Shown here: positions 17,628 to 25,844 of the stretch, piece after piece
Numbering within the stretch: position 1 is the first letter of the stretch
Layout of the letters: every line of letters begins with the position of its first letter
Sequence record: MT682707.1
Length of the DNA: 39,305 bases
Strand: one strand, 5' to 3'
Origin: Escherichia phage vB_EcoP_SP7
Made by a program: the position numbers and the translations under genes
Notes under the pieces: generated by a model
Database searches by the model: none
What the model was told of the DNA's origin: nothing
The model's input: only the letters and a program-made list of their open reading frames with translations

Positions 17628-19196
17628 ATGGCTGAACGTGAAGGGTTCGCTGCTGAAGGAGCCAAAGCGGTCTATGACCGACTGAAGAACGGTAGACAGC
17701 CATATGAGACACGCGCTCAGAACTGTGCTGCTGTCACTATCCCGTCACTGTTTCCTAAGGAGTCCGACAACTCGTCCACTGAGTACACAACTCCGTGGCA
17801 AGCTGTAGGTGCTCGCTGCTTGAACAACTTGGCGGCAAAGCTGATGTTGGCGTTATTCCCTCAGTCACCGTGGATGCGACTAACAGTCTCAGAATATGAG
17901 GCCAAGACCTTGAGTCAGGACTCAGAGGCTGCTGCTCGTGTTGACGAGGGGCTTGCTATGGTCGAGCGTGTGTTGATGGCATACATGGAGACAAACAGTT
18001 TCCGTGTGCCATTGTTCGAAGCTCTGAAGCAGCTTATAGTCTCCGGTAACTGTCTGCTCTACATTCCAGAGCCTGAACAGGGAACCTACAGTCCTATGCG
18101 AATGTACCGCTTAGTGTCCTATGTTGTTCAACGTGATGCTTTCGGTAACATCTTACAGATTGTGACTCTCGACAAGGTAGCGTTTAGTGCTCTACCGGAA
18201 GACGTGAAGTCTCAACTAAACGCAGATGACTATGAGCCTGACACAGAGCTGGAAGTGTATACGCACATTTACCGTCAGGACGACGAGTATCTGCGCTACG
18301 AGGAAGTGGAAGGAATTGAGGTAGCAGGGACCGATGGTTCTTACCCACTGACTGCCTGTCCATACATCCCGGTACGAATGGTTCGACTGGACGGTGAAGA
18401 CTATGGTCGCTCTTATTGCGAGGAGTATCTGGGAGACCTGAACTCGCTGGAGACGATTACAGAAGCTATCACCAAAATGGCTAAGGTAGCCTCCAAGGTG
18501 GTTGGCCTCGTTAACCCGAACGGTATCACGCAACCTCGTCGTCTGAATAAGGCGGCTACAGGTGAGTTCGTGGCTGGTCGCGTCGAGGACATCAACTTCC
18601 TGCAACTGACGAAAGGTCAGGACTTTACGATTGCCAAGTCGGTGGCTGACGCTATCGAGCAACGTTTAGGATGGGCCTTCCTTCTTAATAGTGCCGTTCA
18701 GCGTAATGCCGAGCGAGTCACTGCTGAAGAGATTCGTTATGTTGCCGGCGAACTGGAGGCGACCTTAGGTGGTGTGTACTCAGTACAATCCCAAGAGCTT
18801 CAGTTACCTATCGTCCGTGTGCTGATGAACCAACTTCAGTCTGCTGGCATGATTCCTGACCTTCCGAAAGAAGCGGTAGAGCCTACTGTCTCCACTGGTC
18901 TGGAAGCGTTAGGTCGTGGTCAAGACTTGGAGAAGCTAACTCAGGCAGTCAACATGATGACCGGTCTTCAGCAGCTCTCTCAGGACCCAGACATTAACTT
19001 GCCGACCCTGAAGCTTCGACTGCTGAATGCATTAGGTATTGACACAGCTGGTTTGCTACTGACTCAGGATGAGAAGATTCAGCGCATGGCTGAGCAGTCG
19101 TCTCAACAGGCAGTTGTCCAAGGCGCTAGTGCTGCTGGTGCTAACATGGGTGCTGCTGTAGGTCAGGGAGCTGGTGAGGACATGGCTCAAGCCTAA
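17628..19196 (+). CDS. Portal (head-tail connector) protein (gene 8)
   Basis: Collinear with recalled T7 gp8 (GAKAVYDRLKNGRQPYETRAQNCA, PWQAVGARCLNNLAAKLMLALFP, YRLVSYVVQRDAFGN, VRMVRLDGEDYGRSY, VTAEEIRYVAGELEATLGGVYS). Confidence 0.97.
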   Translation: MAEREGFAAEGAKAVYDRLKNGRQPYETRAQNCAAVTIPSLFPKESDNSSTEYTTPWQAVGARCLNNLAAKLMLALFPQSPWMRLTVSEYEAKTLSQDSEAAARVDEGLAMVERVLMAYMETNSFRVPLFEALKQLIVSGNCLLYIPEPEQGTYSPMRMYRLVSYVVQRDAFGNILQIVTLDKVAFSALPEDVKSQLNADDYEPDTELEVYTHIYRQDDEYLRYEEVEGIEVAGTDGSYPLTACPYIPVRMVRLDGEDYGRSYCEEYLGDLNSLETITEAITKMAKVASKVVGLVNPNGITQPRRLNKAATGEFVAGRVEDINFLQLTKGQDFTIAKSVADAIEQRLGWAFLLNSAVQRNAERVTAEEIRYVAGELEATLGGVYSVQSQELQLPIVRVLMNQLQSAGMIPDLPKEAVEPTVSTGLEALGRGQDLEKLTQAVNMMTGLQQLSQDPDINLPTLKLRLLNALGIDTAGLLLTQDEKIQRMAEQSSQQAVVQGASAAGANMGAAVGQGAGEDMAQA

Positions 19197-19214
19197 ACTA
19201 TCACTATAGGAACA
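19192..19214 (+). promoter_or_regulatory. Phage-RNAP promoter (phi9 position)
   Basis: CCTAAACTATCACTATAGGAACA; +1 at 19209. Confidence 0.85.
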
Positions 19215-19304
19215 ACACAACTTGAGTGAGTGAACGCATGGCCAGCCGTAATGGGAGGGCAGGTTGTTGTGTTTCCCTATTAACTACCAAAGGAGAATGA
19301 CTCA

Positions 19305-20189
19305 ATGTCTCAATCAGTTTATGCCGAGTTCGGCGTTAGCTCTAATGCAATCACTGGTTCCGTTGAGGACCTGAACGAACACCAGAAGTCTATGCTTGAA
19401 CAGGACGTAGCTGTTCGTGATGGCGACGACGCTATTACCTTCAAGCAACTGGAAGACGAAAACGAAGAGGCGACCGAAGAAGACGAGAACGTCGAAGAGA
19501 CTGAAGGTGAAGAAGATCACGAGTCAGATGACGAAGAGTCTGAGACCGATGGTGAGCATCCTGAGTTCATCGAACTAGGTGATGCACCAAAAGAGCTGAC
19601 CGAAAGTGTAACCGCTCTGGATGAAAACGAAGCTGCATTCGACGACATGGTGTCTTCTGCTGTAGAAGCTGGCAAGGTCACTGCTGATGAAATTACCGCT
19701 ATCAAGGCTGAATACGCCAAGGACGGTAAGCTGTCTGACGCATCCTACGCTAAGTTGCAGGAAGCAGGCTACACCAAGCGTTTCGTAGATTCGTTTGTCC
19801 GTGGTCAGGAAGCTCTTGCTGAACAGTATGCTGCTGGTGTGGTTCGCTACGCTGGTGGTGCTGAACAGTTTAATCGCATCCTGTCACACCTTGAGTCCAA
19901 CGACCCGTCAACTCGTGAAGCACTGGAAGCTGCTATCGTTCGTAAGGACATTGCTACTACCAAAGCTCTGCTGAATCTGGCTGGCAAGACTCTGGGTAAA
20001 GCTGTTGGTGTTAAACCTCAGCGTACCATCACCACTCATGCTAAACCTGTGGTCGCACCTAAGGCTCCTCAGGCCGAAGCATTCAGCTCTAAGGCTGACA
20101 TGATTAAGGCTATGAGTGACCCGCGATACCTGCGTGACACTAAATACACGATGGAAGTTCGCGCTAAGGTAGCTGCCTCAAGCCTGTAG
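19305..20189 (+). CDS. Capsid assembly (scaffolding) protein (gene 9)
   Basis: Highly acidic; conserved SYAKL.E.GYTK.F.DS..RGQEAL.EQY and IKAMSDPRY as in recalled T7 gp9. Confidence 0.85.
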   Translation: MSQSVYAEFGVSSNAITGSVEDLNEHQKSMLEQDVAVRDGDDAITFKQLEDENEEATEEDENVEETEGEEDHESDDEESETDGEHPEFIELGDAPKELTESVTALDENEAAFDDMVSSAVEAGKVTADEITAIKAEYAKDGKLSDASYAKLQEAGYTKRFVDSFVRGQEALAEQYAAGVVRYAGGAEQFNRILSHLESNDPSTREALEAAIVRKDIATTKALLNLAGKTLGKAVGVKPQRTITTHAKPVVAPKAPQAEAFSSKADMIKAMSDPRYLRDTKYTMEVRAKVAASSL

Positions 20190-20212
20190 GACTAAACTAT
20201 CACTATAGGGAG
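20190..20212 (+). promoter_or_regulatory. Phage-RNAP promoter (phi10 position), strong class III type
   Basis: ACTAAACTATCACTATAGGGAGA; the transcript starts with a GGGAGACC...GGTTTCCC 5' stem-loop like the T7 gene 10 leader. Confidence 0.9.
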
Positions 20213-20315
20213 ACCAAGAGACAGACTCAAGGTTTCCCTATTACTTCAGTCCATACGGATTGGGCGTACAGTAAGTAATAAACTTTATCTTTCAATTGAA
20301 TAGGAGAATTATCAT

Positions 20316-21359
20316 ATGGCAAACGTTCCGGGTCAGAAAATTGGTACAGACCAAGGTAAAGGCAAATCCAGTTCCGACGCTCTGGCGTTGTTCCTGAAGG
20401 TATTTGCTGGTGAAGTCCTGACCGCATTCACTCGCCGCTCTGTAACTGCTGATAAGCATATTGTCCGTACCATTCAGAACGGTAAGTCTGCTCAGTTCCC
20501 GGTCATGGGTCGCACCTCTGGTGTGTATCTGGCTCCGGGTGAGCGACTGTCCGATAAACGTAAAGGTATCAAACATACCGAGAAAGTGATTACCATTGAT
20601 GGTCTGCTGACTGCCGATGTGATGATTTTCGACATTGAAGACGCGATGAACCACTATGACGTGGCTGGTGAGTATTCCAACCAGTTGGGTGAAGCTCTGG
20701 CTATCGCTGCCGATGGTGCGGTTCTGGCTGAAATGGCTATCCTGTGTAACCTCCCATCCGCATCCAACGAGAACATCGCTGGTCTGGGTACCGCGTCAGT
20801 ACTGGAAGTTGGTAAGAAAGCTGACCTCGACACCCCAGCTAAACTGGGTGAGGCAATCATCGGTCAACTGACCATTGCTCGTGCGAAGCTGACCTCCAAC
20901 TACGTTCCTGCTGGCGACCGTTACTTCTACACTACGCCGGACAACTACTCTGCAATCCTCGCGGCTCTGATGCCGAACGCTGCTAACTATGCTGCGCTGA
21001 TTGACCCAGAGACTGGTAACATCCGTAACGTTATGGGCTTCGTTGTTGTTGAAGTTCCGCATCTGGTTCAGGGTGGTGCTGGTGAGACTCGTGGTGAAGA
21101 TGGTATCTCTATCGCTTCCGGCCAGAAACACGCATTCCCGGCGACTGCTACTGGCGACGTTAAAGTTGCTATGGATAACGTTGTGGGTCTGTTCTCTCAC
21201 CGTTCTGCTGTGGGTACTGTGAAGCTGCGTGATTTGGCGCTGGAACGTGACCGTGACGTCGATGCTCAGGGTGACCTGATTGTTGGTAAGTACGCTATGG
21301 GTCACGGTGGTCTTCGTCCTGAAGCGGCTGGCGCACTGGTTTTCAGCTCAGCGATGTAA
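20316..21359 (+). CDS. Major capsid protein 10A
   Basis: Collinear with recalled T7 gp10A (LALFLKVF.GEVLTAF, KHTEKVITIDGLLTADV, DIEDAMNHYDV, ILAALMPNAANYAALIDPE, SAVGTVKLRDLALER, KYAMGHGGLRPEAAGA). Confidence 0.98.
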   Translation: MANVPGQKIGTDQGKGKSSSDALALFLKVFAGEVLTAFTRRSVTADKHIVRTIQNGKSAQFPVMGRTSGVYLAPGERLSDKRKGIKHTEKVITIDGLLTADVMIFDIEDAMNHYDVAGEYSNQLGEALAIAADGAVLAEMAILCNLPSASNENIAGLGTASVLEVGKKADLDTPAKLGEAIIGQLTIARAKLTSNYVPAGDRYFYTTPDNYSAILAALMPNAANYAALIDPETGNIRNVMGFVVVEVPHLVQGGAGETRGEDGISIASGQKHAFPATATGDVKVAMDNVVGLFSHRSAVGTVKLRDLALERDRDVDAQGDLIVGKYAMGHGGLRPEAAGALVFSSAM

Positions 21360-21490
21360 GCACCTTTAGCCAACCTAACGTCGCTACAGTAGCGGCCGCA
21401 CCTGAAGAGGAGACTCTAACTCCTCAACAGAAAGCTGCGCGTACTCGTGCTGCGAATAGGGCCGCTAAACTGGCTAAGTCCAACAACTAA
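20316..21490 (+). CDS. Minor capsid protein 10B, predicted product of a -1 ribosomal frameshift near the end of gene 10 (about 391 aa)
   Basis: Slippery heptamer G GTT TTC at 21338-21344 (same as I recall for T7); the -1 frame stays open to TAA at 21488-21490 and encodes ...EETLTPQQKAARTRAANRAAK, resembling the recalled T7 10B tail (EETLTPAQEAARTRAANKARK). Confidence 0.6.
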
Positions 21491-21493
21491 TTG

Positions 21494-21536
21494 AAACCCC
21501 TTGGGTGCCTTCGGGTGCTTGAGGGGTTTTTTGCTT
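21494..21536 (+). terminator. T-phi-like terminator for phage RNAP (also intrinsic-terminator-like)
   Basis: AACCCCTTGGGTGCCTTCGGGTGCTTGAGGGGTTTTTTG: GC-rich hairpin plus U-tract, very similar to recalled T7 T-phi and in the same position after gene 10. Confidence 0.85.
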
Positions 21537-21553
21537 AAAGTGAGAGGAGACTT

Positions 21554-22120
21554 ATGGCTCAATACATTCCACTGAATGCTAACGATGACTTAGATGCCAT
21601 CAACGATATGTTAGCCGCTATCGGTGAACCAGCAGTCCTACAGCTTGACGAGGGGAACGCTGACGTCTCGAACGCTCAACGTATCCTGCATCGTGTCAAT
21701 CGTCAGGTCCAAGCTAAAGGCTGGAACTTTAACATCAACGAAGCTGCTGTCCTGACACCTGACATCCAAGACAATAGGATTCGATTCTTGCCGTCATACC
21801 TTCGTGTAATGACCGCTGGGGCCACCAGCTACTACAGCAACATGGGTGGGTACCTGTACGACCTGTCCACCCAGTCAACCACTTTCACCGACCCTATCAC
21901 GGTAGAGCTTGTGGAGATGAAGCCATTCTCCGAGATGCCTGTGGTATTCAGGGACTACATCGTAACTAAAGCTAGCCGTGAGTTCAACGCTAAGTTCTTC
22001 GGGAGCCCAGAGTCAGAGATATACCTTCGTGAGCAGGAAGCAGAACTCTATCAGCAGGTTATGGAGTACGAGATGGACACTGGTCGCTACAACATGATGT
22101 CTGACATCGGGAGGGACTAA
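21554..22120 (+). CDS. Tail tubular protein A (gene 11)
   Basis: RILHRVNRQVQAKGWNFNINE, GGYLYD, YIVTKASREFNAKFFG..E.E, EYEMD.GRYNM match recalled T7 gp11. Confidence 0.95.
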   Translation: MAQYIPLNANDDLDAINDMLAAIGEPAVLQLDEGNADVSNAQRILHRVNRQVQAKGWNFNINEAAVLTPDIQDNRIRFLPSYLRVMTAGATSYYSNMGGYLYDLSTQSTTFTDPITVELVEMKPFSEMPVVFRDYIVTKASREFNAKFFGSPESEIYLREQEAELYQQVMEYEMDTGRYNMMSDIGRD

Positions 22121-22347
22121 TGGCTAGTCACAACCTGAAGATTCACCGCCAGCACTTTGGCCCGGTACAGCTAGGTCTAAAGACAGCAGAGCTGAGACTT
22201 AACGACCGGGACTTTAAGGTTGGCGATTGGCTTATCCTGAATGAATGGGACAACGGGTATACTGGACAACAGGTAGCACGTAAGGTTGTCCACATTGCTG
22301 ACGTTGGTGACATCGCTGAGGGATACGTTCTAATGAGTATGATTTAA
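22120..22347 (+). CDS. Small PUA/ASCH-like protein (DUF3850-like), 75 aa, inserted between tail tubular genes
   Basis: HNLKIHRQHFGPVQLGLKTAELRLNDRDFKVGDWLILNEW resembles the DUF3850 signature as I recall it; ATG overlaps the gene 11 stop (TAATG). No T7 counterpart. Confidence 0.5.
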   Translation: MASHNLKIHRQHFGPVQLGLKTAELRLNDRDFKVGDWLILNEWDNGYTGQQVARKVVHIADVGDIAEGYVLMSMI

Positions 22348-22356
22348 GGAGGGCCT

Positions 22357-24714
22357 ATGCCGCTTATCACACAAAGCATAAAAAATCTTAAAGGTGGCAT
22401 TAGCCAACAGCCTGATATACTGAGGTTCTCAGACCAAGGCGAGGCACAGGTTAACTGCTGGTCATCCGAGAGTGATGGCCTCCAGAAGCGCCCACCTACA
22501 GTCTTCAAGCGCCGACTTAACATCGACGTGGGGAGCAACCCTAAGTTCCACCTTATTAACCGTGACGAGCAGGAGCAGTATTATATCGTGTTCAATGGGT
22601 CCAACATTCAGGTAGTTGACTTGAGTGGTACTCAATACCCAGTGTCAGGTGCAGTAGACTACGTTAAGTCATCCAACCCACGGGATGACATCCGTGTCGT
22701 TACCGTGGCAGACTATACGTTCGTAGTTAACCGTAAGGTTGTCGTCAAAGGTGGAAGCGAGAAGTCACACTCTGGCTATAACCGCAAAGCACGAGCTTTA
22801 ATTAACCTTCGTGGTGGACAGTACGGTAGAACCCTTAAGGTTGGAATCAACGGAGGAGTCAAGGTCTCGCATAAGCTACCAGCAGGTAATGATGCCGAGA
22901 ATGACCCACCTAAGGTTGACGCTCAGGCCATAGGTTCAGCTCTGAGAGACCTTCTTGTTGCTGCCTATCCAGACTTCACGTTCGACCTTGGGTCTGGCTT
23001 CCTGTTAATCACGGCGCCTTCAGGGACTGACATTAACTCAGTAGAGACGGAGGATGGCTACGCTAACCAGCTAATCAGCCCAGTCCTAGACACAGTGCAG
23101 ACAATCTCTAAGTTGCCTCTTGCGGCCCCTAATGGATATATCATTAAGATTCAGGGTGAGACCAACAGTAGCGCTGATGAATATTACGTGATGTATGACT
23201 CCAACACTAAGACTTGGAAGGAGACAGTGGAGCCGGGAGTGGTCACTGGGTTCGATAATGCCACAATGCCACATGCTCTGGTGCGACAAGCTGATGGCTC
23301 CTTTGAGTTCAAGACGCTGGAATGGTCTAAGCGTGGTGCTGGTAATGATGACACAAACCCTATGCCTAGCTTCGTGGATGCTGCGATTAACGATGTGTTC
23401 TTCTACAGGAACAGACTTGGGTTCTTGTCAGGAGAGAACGTAATCATGAGTCGTTCAGCCAGCTACTTTGCGTTCTTCCCTAAGAGTGTGGCGACATTGA
23501 GTGATGATGATCCTATTGACGTAGCTGTAAGTCACCCTAGAATCTCAATCCTTAAGTATGCCGTTCCGTTTAGCGAGCAGCTACTACTTTGGTCAGATGA
23601 GGTGCAGTTCGTGATGACAAGCTCAGGGGTCCTTACCTCGAAGTCTATCCAGCTCGATGTAGGCTCAGAGTTTGCCTTAGGTGATAATGCCAGACCGTTC
23701 GCTGTGGGACGCTCAGTCTTCTTCTCAGCGCCTCGTGGGTCATTCACCAGCATTAAGCGATACTTCGCTGTAGCAGATGTGTCTGACGTGAAGGATTCTG
23801 ATGATACCACTGGCCACGTGCTGTCCTATATCCCTAACGGGGTGTTTGACATTCACGGAACAGGGACTGAGAACTACATCTGCGTCAACTCTACAGGTGC
23901 ATACAACCGAATCTACATCTACAAGTTCTTGTTTAAGGACGGCGTACAGCTTCAAGCCTCTTGGTCGCACTGGGAGTTCCCTAAAGCTGATAAGATTCTG
24001 GCGTCTGCGTCGATTGGCTCTACCATGTTCATTGTTCGTCAGCACCAAGGCGGCGTAGACCTTGAGCACCTTAAGTTCATCAAGGAGGCAACTGACTTTC
24101 CATTAGAGCCGTATAGACTCCACGTTGACTCCAAGGTGTCTATGGTAATCCCAATTGGCTCATATAACGCTGACACCTATAAGACTACGGTAGACATTGG
24201 TTCTGCTTATGGTGGAAACGCTCCGTCTCCCGGTCGTTACTATCTGATTGACAGTCAGGGTGCCTATGTGGACCTTGGTGAGCTTACCGGCATCTCAACT
24301 GTGGCTATGCTCAATGGCGATTGGTCGGGACGTACAGTGTTCATCGGACGGTCTTATCTGATGTCCTACAAGTTCTCACGGTTCCTGATTAAGATTGAAG
24401 ACGAGAGCGGCACTCAGTCTGAAGACACTGGACGTCTACAACTTCGTAGGGCTTGGGTCAACTACAAGGACACTGGCGCTCTTAGACTCATTGTCAGAAA
24501 CGGTGAGCGGGAGTTCGTGAACACCTTTAATGGGTACACCCTTGGTCAGCAAACCATCGGTACTACAAACATTGGTGACGGGCAGTATCGCTTCGCTATG
24601 AATGGTAACGCATTAACCACGAGTCTAACCTTAGAGTCAGACTATCCTACCCCAGTGTCCATCGTTGGGTGTGGCTGGGAGGCGTCATACGCTAAGAAAG
24701 CTCGTTCCGTCTAA
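22357..24714 (+). CDS. Tail tubular protein B (gene 12)
   Basis: ITQSIKNLKGGISQQPDILR, HLINRDEQEQYY, VTVADYTFVVNRKV, NDVFFYRNRLGFLSGEN, ILKYAVPFSEQLLLWSDE, RLQLRRAWVNYKDTG, IVGCGWEASY match recalled T7 gp12. Confidence 0.97.
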   Translation: MPLITQSIKNLKGGISQQPDILRFSDQGEAQVNCWSSESDGLQKRPPTVFKRRLNIDVGSNPKFHLINRDEQEQYYIVFNGSNIQVVDLSGTQYPVSGAVDYVKSSNPRDDIRVVTVADYTFVVNRKVVVKGGSEKSHSGYNRKARALINLRGGQYGRTLKVGINGGVKVSHKLPAGNDAENDPPKVDAQAIGSALRDLLVAAYPDFTFDLGSGFLLITAPSGTDINSVETEDGYANQLISPVLDTVQTISKLPLAAPNGYIIKIQGETNSSADEYYVMYDSNTKTWKETVEPGVVTGFDNATMPHALVRQADGSFEFKTLEWSKRGAGNDDTNPMPSFVDAAINDVFFYRNRLGFLSGENVIMSRSASYFAFFPKSVATLSDDDPIDVAVSHPRISILKYAVPFSEQLLLWSDEVQFVMTSSGVLTSKSIQLDVGSEFALGDNARPFAVGRSVFFSAPRGSFTSIKRYFAVADVSDVKDSDDTTGHVLSYIPNGVFDIHGTGTENYICVNSTGAYNRIYIYKFLFKDGVQLQASWSHWEFPKADKILASASIGSTMFIVRQHQGGVDLEHLKFIKEATDFPLEPYRLHVDSKVSMVIPIGSYNADTYKTTVDIGSAYGGNAPSPGRYYLIDSQGAYVDLGELTGISTVAMLNGDWSGRTVFIGRSYLMSYKFSRFLIKIEDESGTQSEDTGRLQLRRAWVNYKDTGALRLIVRNGEREFVNTFNGYTLGQQTIGTTNIGDGQYRFAMNGNALTTSLTLESDYPTPVSIVGCGWEASYAKKARSV

Positions 24715-24738
24715 CTTATTGAATGGCCTATAGATTTA

Positions 24739-24761
24739 CCTTAACTATCACTATAGGGACT
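24739..24761 (+). promoter_or_regulatory. Phage-RNAP promoter (phi13 position)
   Basis: CCTTAACTATCACTATAGGGACT; +1 at 24756. Confidence 0.85.
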
Positions 24762-24790
24762 ATAGGCCCTTAAGGTTATAAGGAGACTTT

Positions 24791-25273
24791 ATGTATATTC
24801 GCAAGGCTACGGAACCAGATGTCCAATACTTTCTGTGTCATCTTTCAGCAGATGATGTTAATGAGTGCAAAGCAAACTATGGGACAACAGTTGGTCTCTC
24901 TGAAAGACTGCTTAAGCACCTATCTCCGTCATCTGTGGTTTTAACGAACGGTGTAGGCGAAGTGTTCGCCTATGGTGGAAACCAAGGGGACAACGTATGG
25001 TTCTTGACTTCCGGTCTGGTCCACAAGCTGAGACCTAAAGAGAAGCGAGAGTTCATAAAGCGTATCTCTGAGTACAGGGACTTAATGTTAGACCAATACG
25101 GGACCATCTGGAACTACGTGTGGTCAGGCAATAAGTCTCACATTAAATTCTTGAAGTTGCTTGGGGCTAAGTTCCATGATGATTGGACTATCAGCCCGGT
25201 AACTGGTGAGCGTTTTCAATTATTCACTATCTCTAAGGAGGACGTATGTGTGAACCAGTATCCATCGGTCTAG
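24791..25273 (+). CDS. Internal virion protein A (gene 13)-like
   Basis: Position between the promoter and gene 14; ORF with AAGGAG RBS. Sequence homology not verified. Confidence 0.55.
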   Translation: MYIRKATEPDVQYFLCHLSADDVNECKANYGTTVGLSERLLKHLSPSSVVLTNGVGEVFAYGGNQGDNVWFLTSGLVHKLRPKEKREFIKRISEYRDLMLDQYGTIWNYVWSGNKSHIKFLKLLGAKFHDDWTISPVTGERFQLFTISKEDVCVNQYPSV

Positions 25274-25833
25274 GAGTACTGTCTGTAGCCGGGGCCACTA
25301 TGTCCGCATCCCAACAGGCCAAGGCCGAAGGTGCAGCAATTGACGCTCAGAACCGACAGGCTCAGGAAATGGTTAAGCAGATGAACTACTCTGACGCCAA
25401 CCTGAAGATGCAGGAGCGCTACCTGAAGGAGCAGCAGATGGCTGAACTGACAGAGACCACGCTTAACGGTATCCGCAATCAGGGTATGGTCCGAGCTGCG
25501 GTGGCTGAGTCCGGTCTGGAAGGTAACTCTATGGACAGGATTGAACGTCAGGTCGAAGGAGATACAGTCAAGGAGCGAGCAGGGATTACCGAAAGTTACA
25601 ACCGCGACTATGCGGCTATCTTCGGGAACCGTATAGCCAACATTGAGAACACAAAGTCTGCTATCCGTGGTCAAGGTAAAATCATCAAGACCAGCCCGCT
25701 GGCTCATGCACTTAATGTTGCTAACGCCGGGATGCAAGGCTACGTCGCTGGTAAGTCAATCTCTGGAGAGTCCAGCTCTGGTGGTTCTGCACCAATTAGT
25801 GCTGCTAAAGGCACACCTACAGGTCATAGCTAA
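25246..25833 (+). CDS. Internal virion protein B (gene 14)
   Basis: MC... N-terminus, GNSMDRIERQVEGD, RDYAAIFGN and C-terminal PISAAKGTPTG match recalled T7 gp14. Confidence 0.9.
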   Translation: MCEPVSIGLGVLSVAGATMSASQQAKAEGAAIDAQNRQAQEMVKQMNYSDANLKMQERYLKEQQMAELTETTLNGIRNQGMVRAAVAESGLEGNSMDRIERQVEGDTVKERAGITESYNRDYAAIFGNRIANIENTKSAIRGQGKIIKTSPLAHALNVANAGMQGYVAGKSISGESSSGGSAPISAAKGTPTGHS

Positions 25834-25844
25834 GAGGAGGACTA

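Noticed and set aside
18216-18662. 148-aa minus-strand ORF inside the portal gene
   Set aside because: Antisense to the gene 8 homolog; likely a chance open frame.
20796-21305. 169-aa ORF on the minus strand inside the major capsid gene
   Set aside because: Fully antisense to a confidently identified gene; T7-like phages transcribe only one strand and no promoter or RBS is evident.
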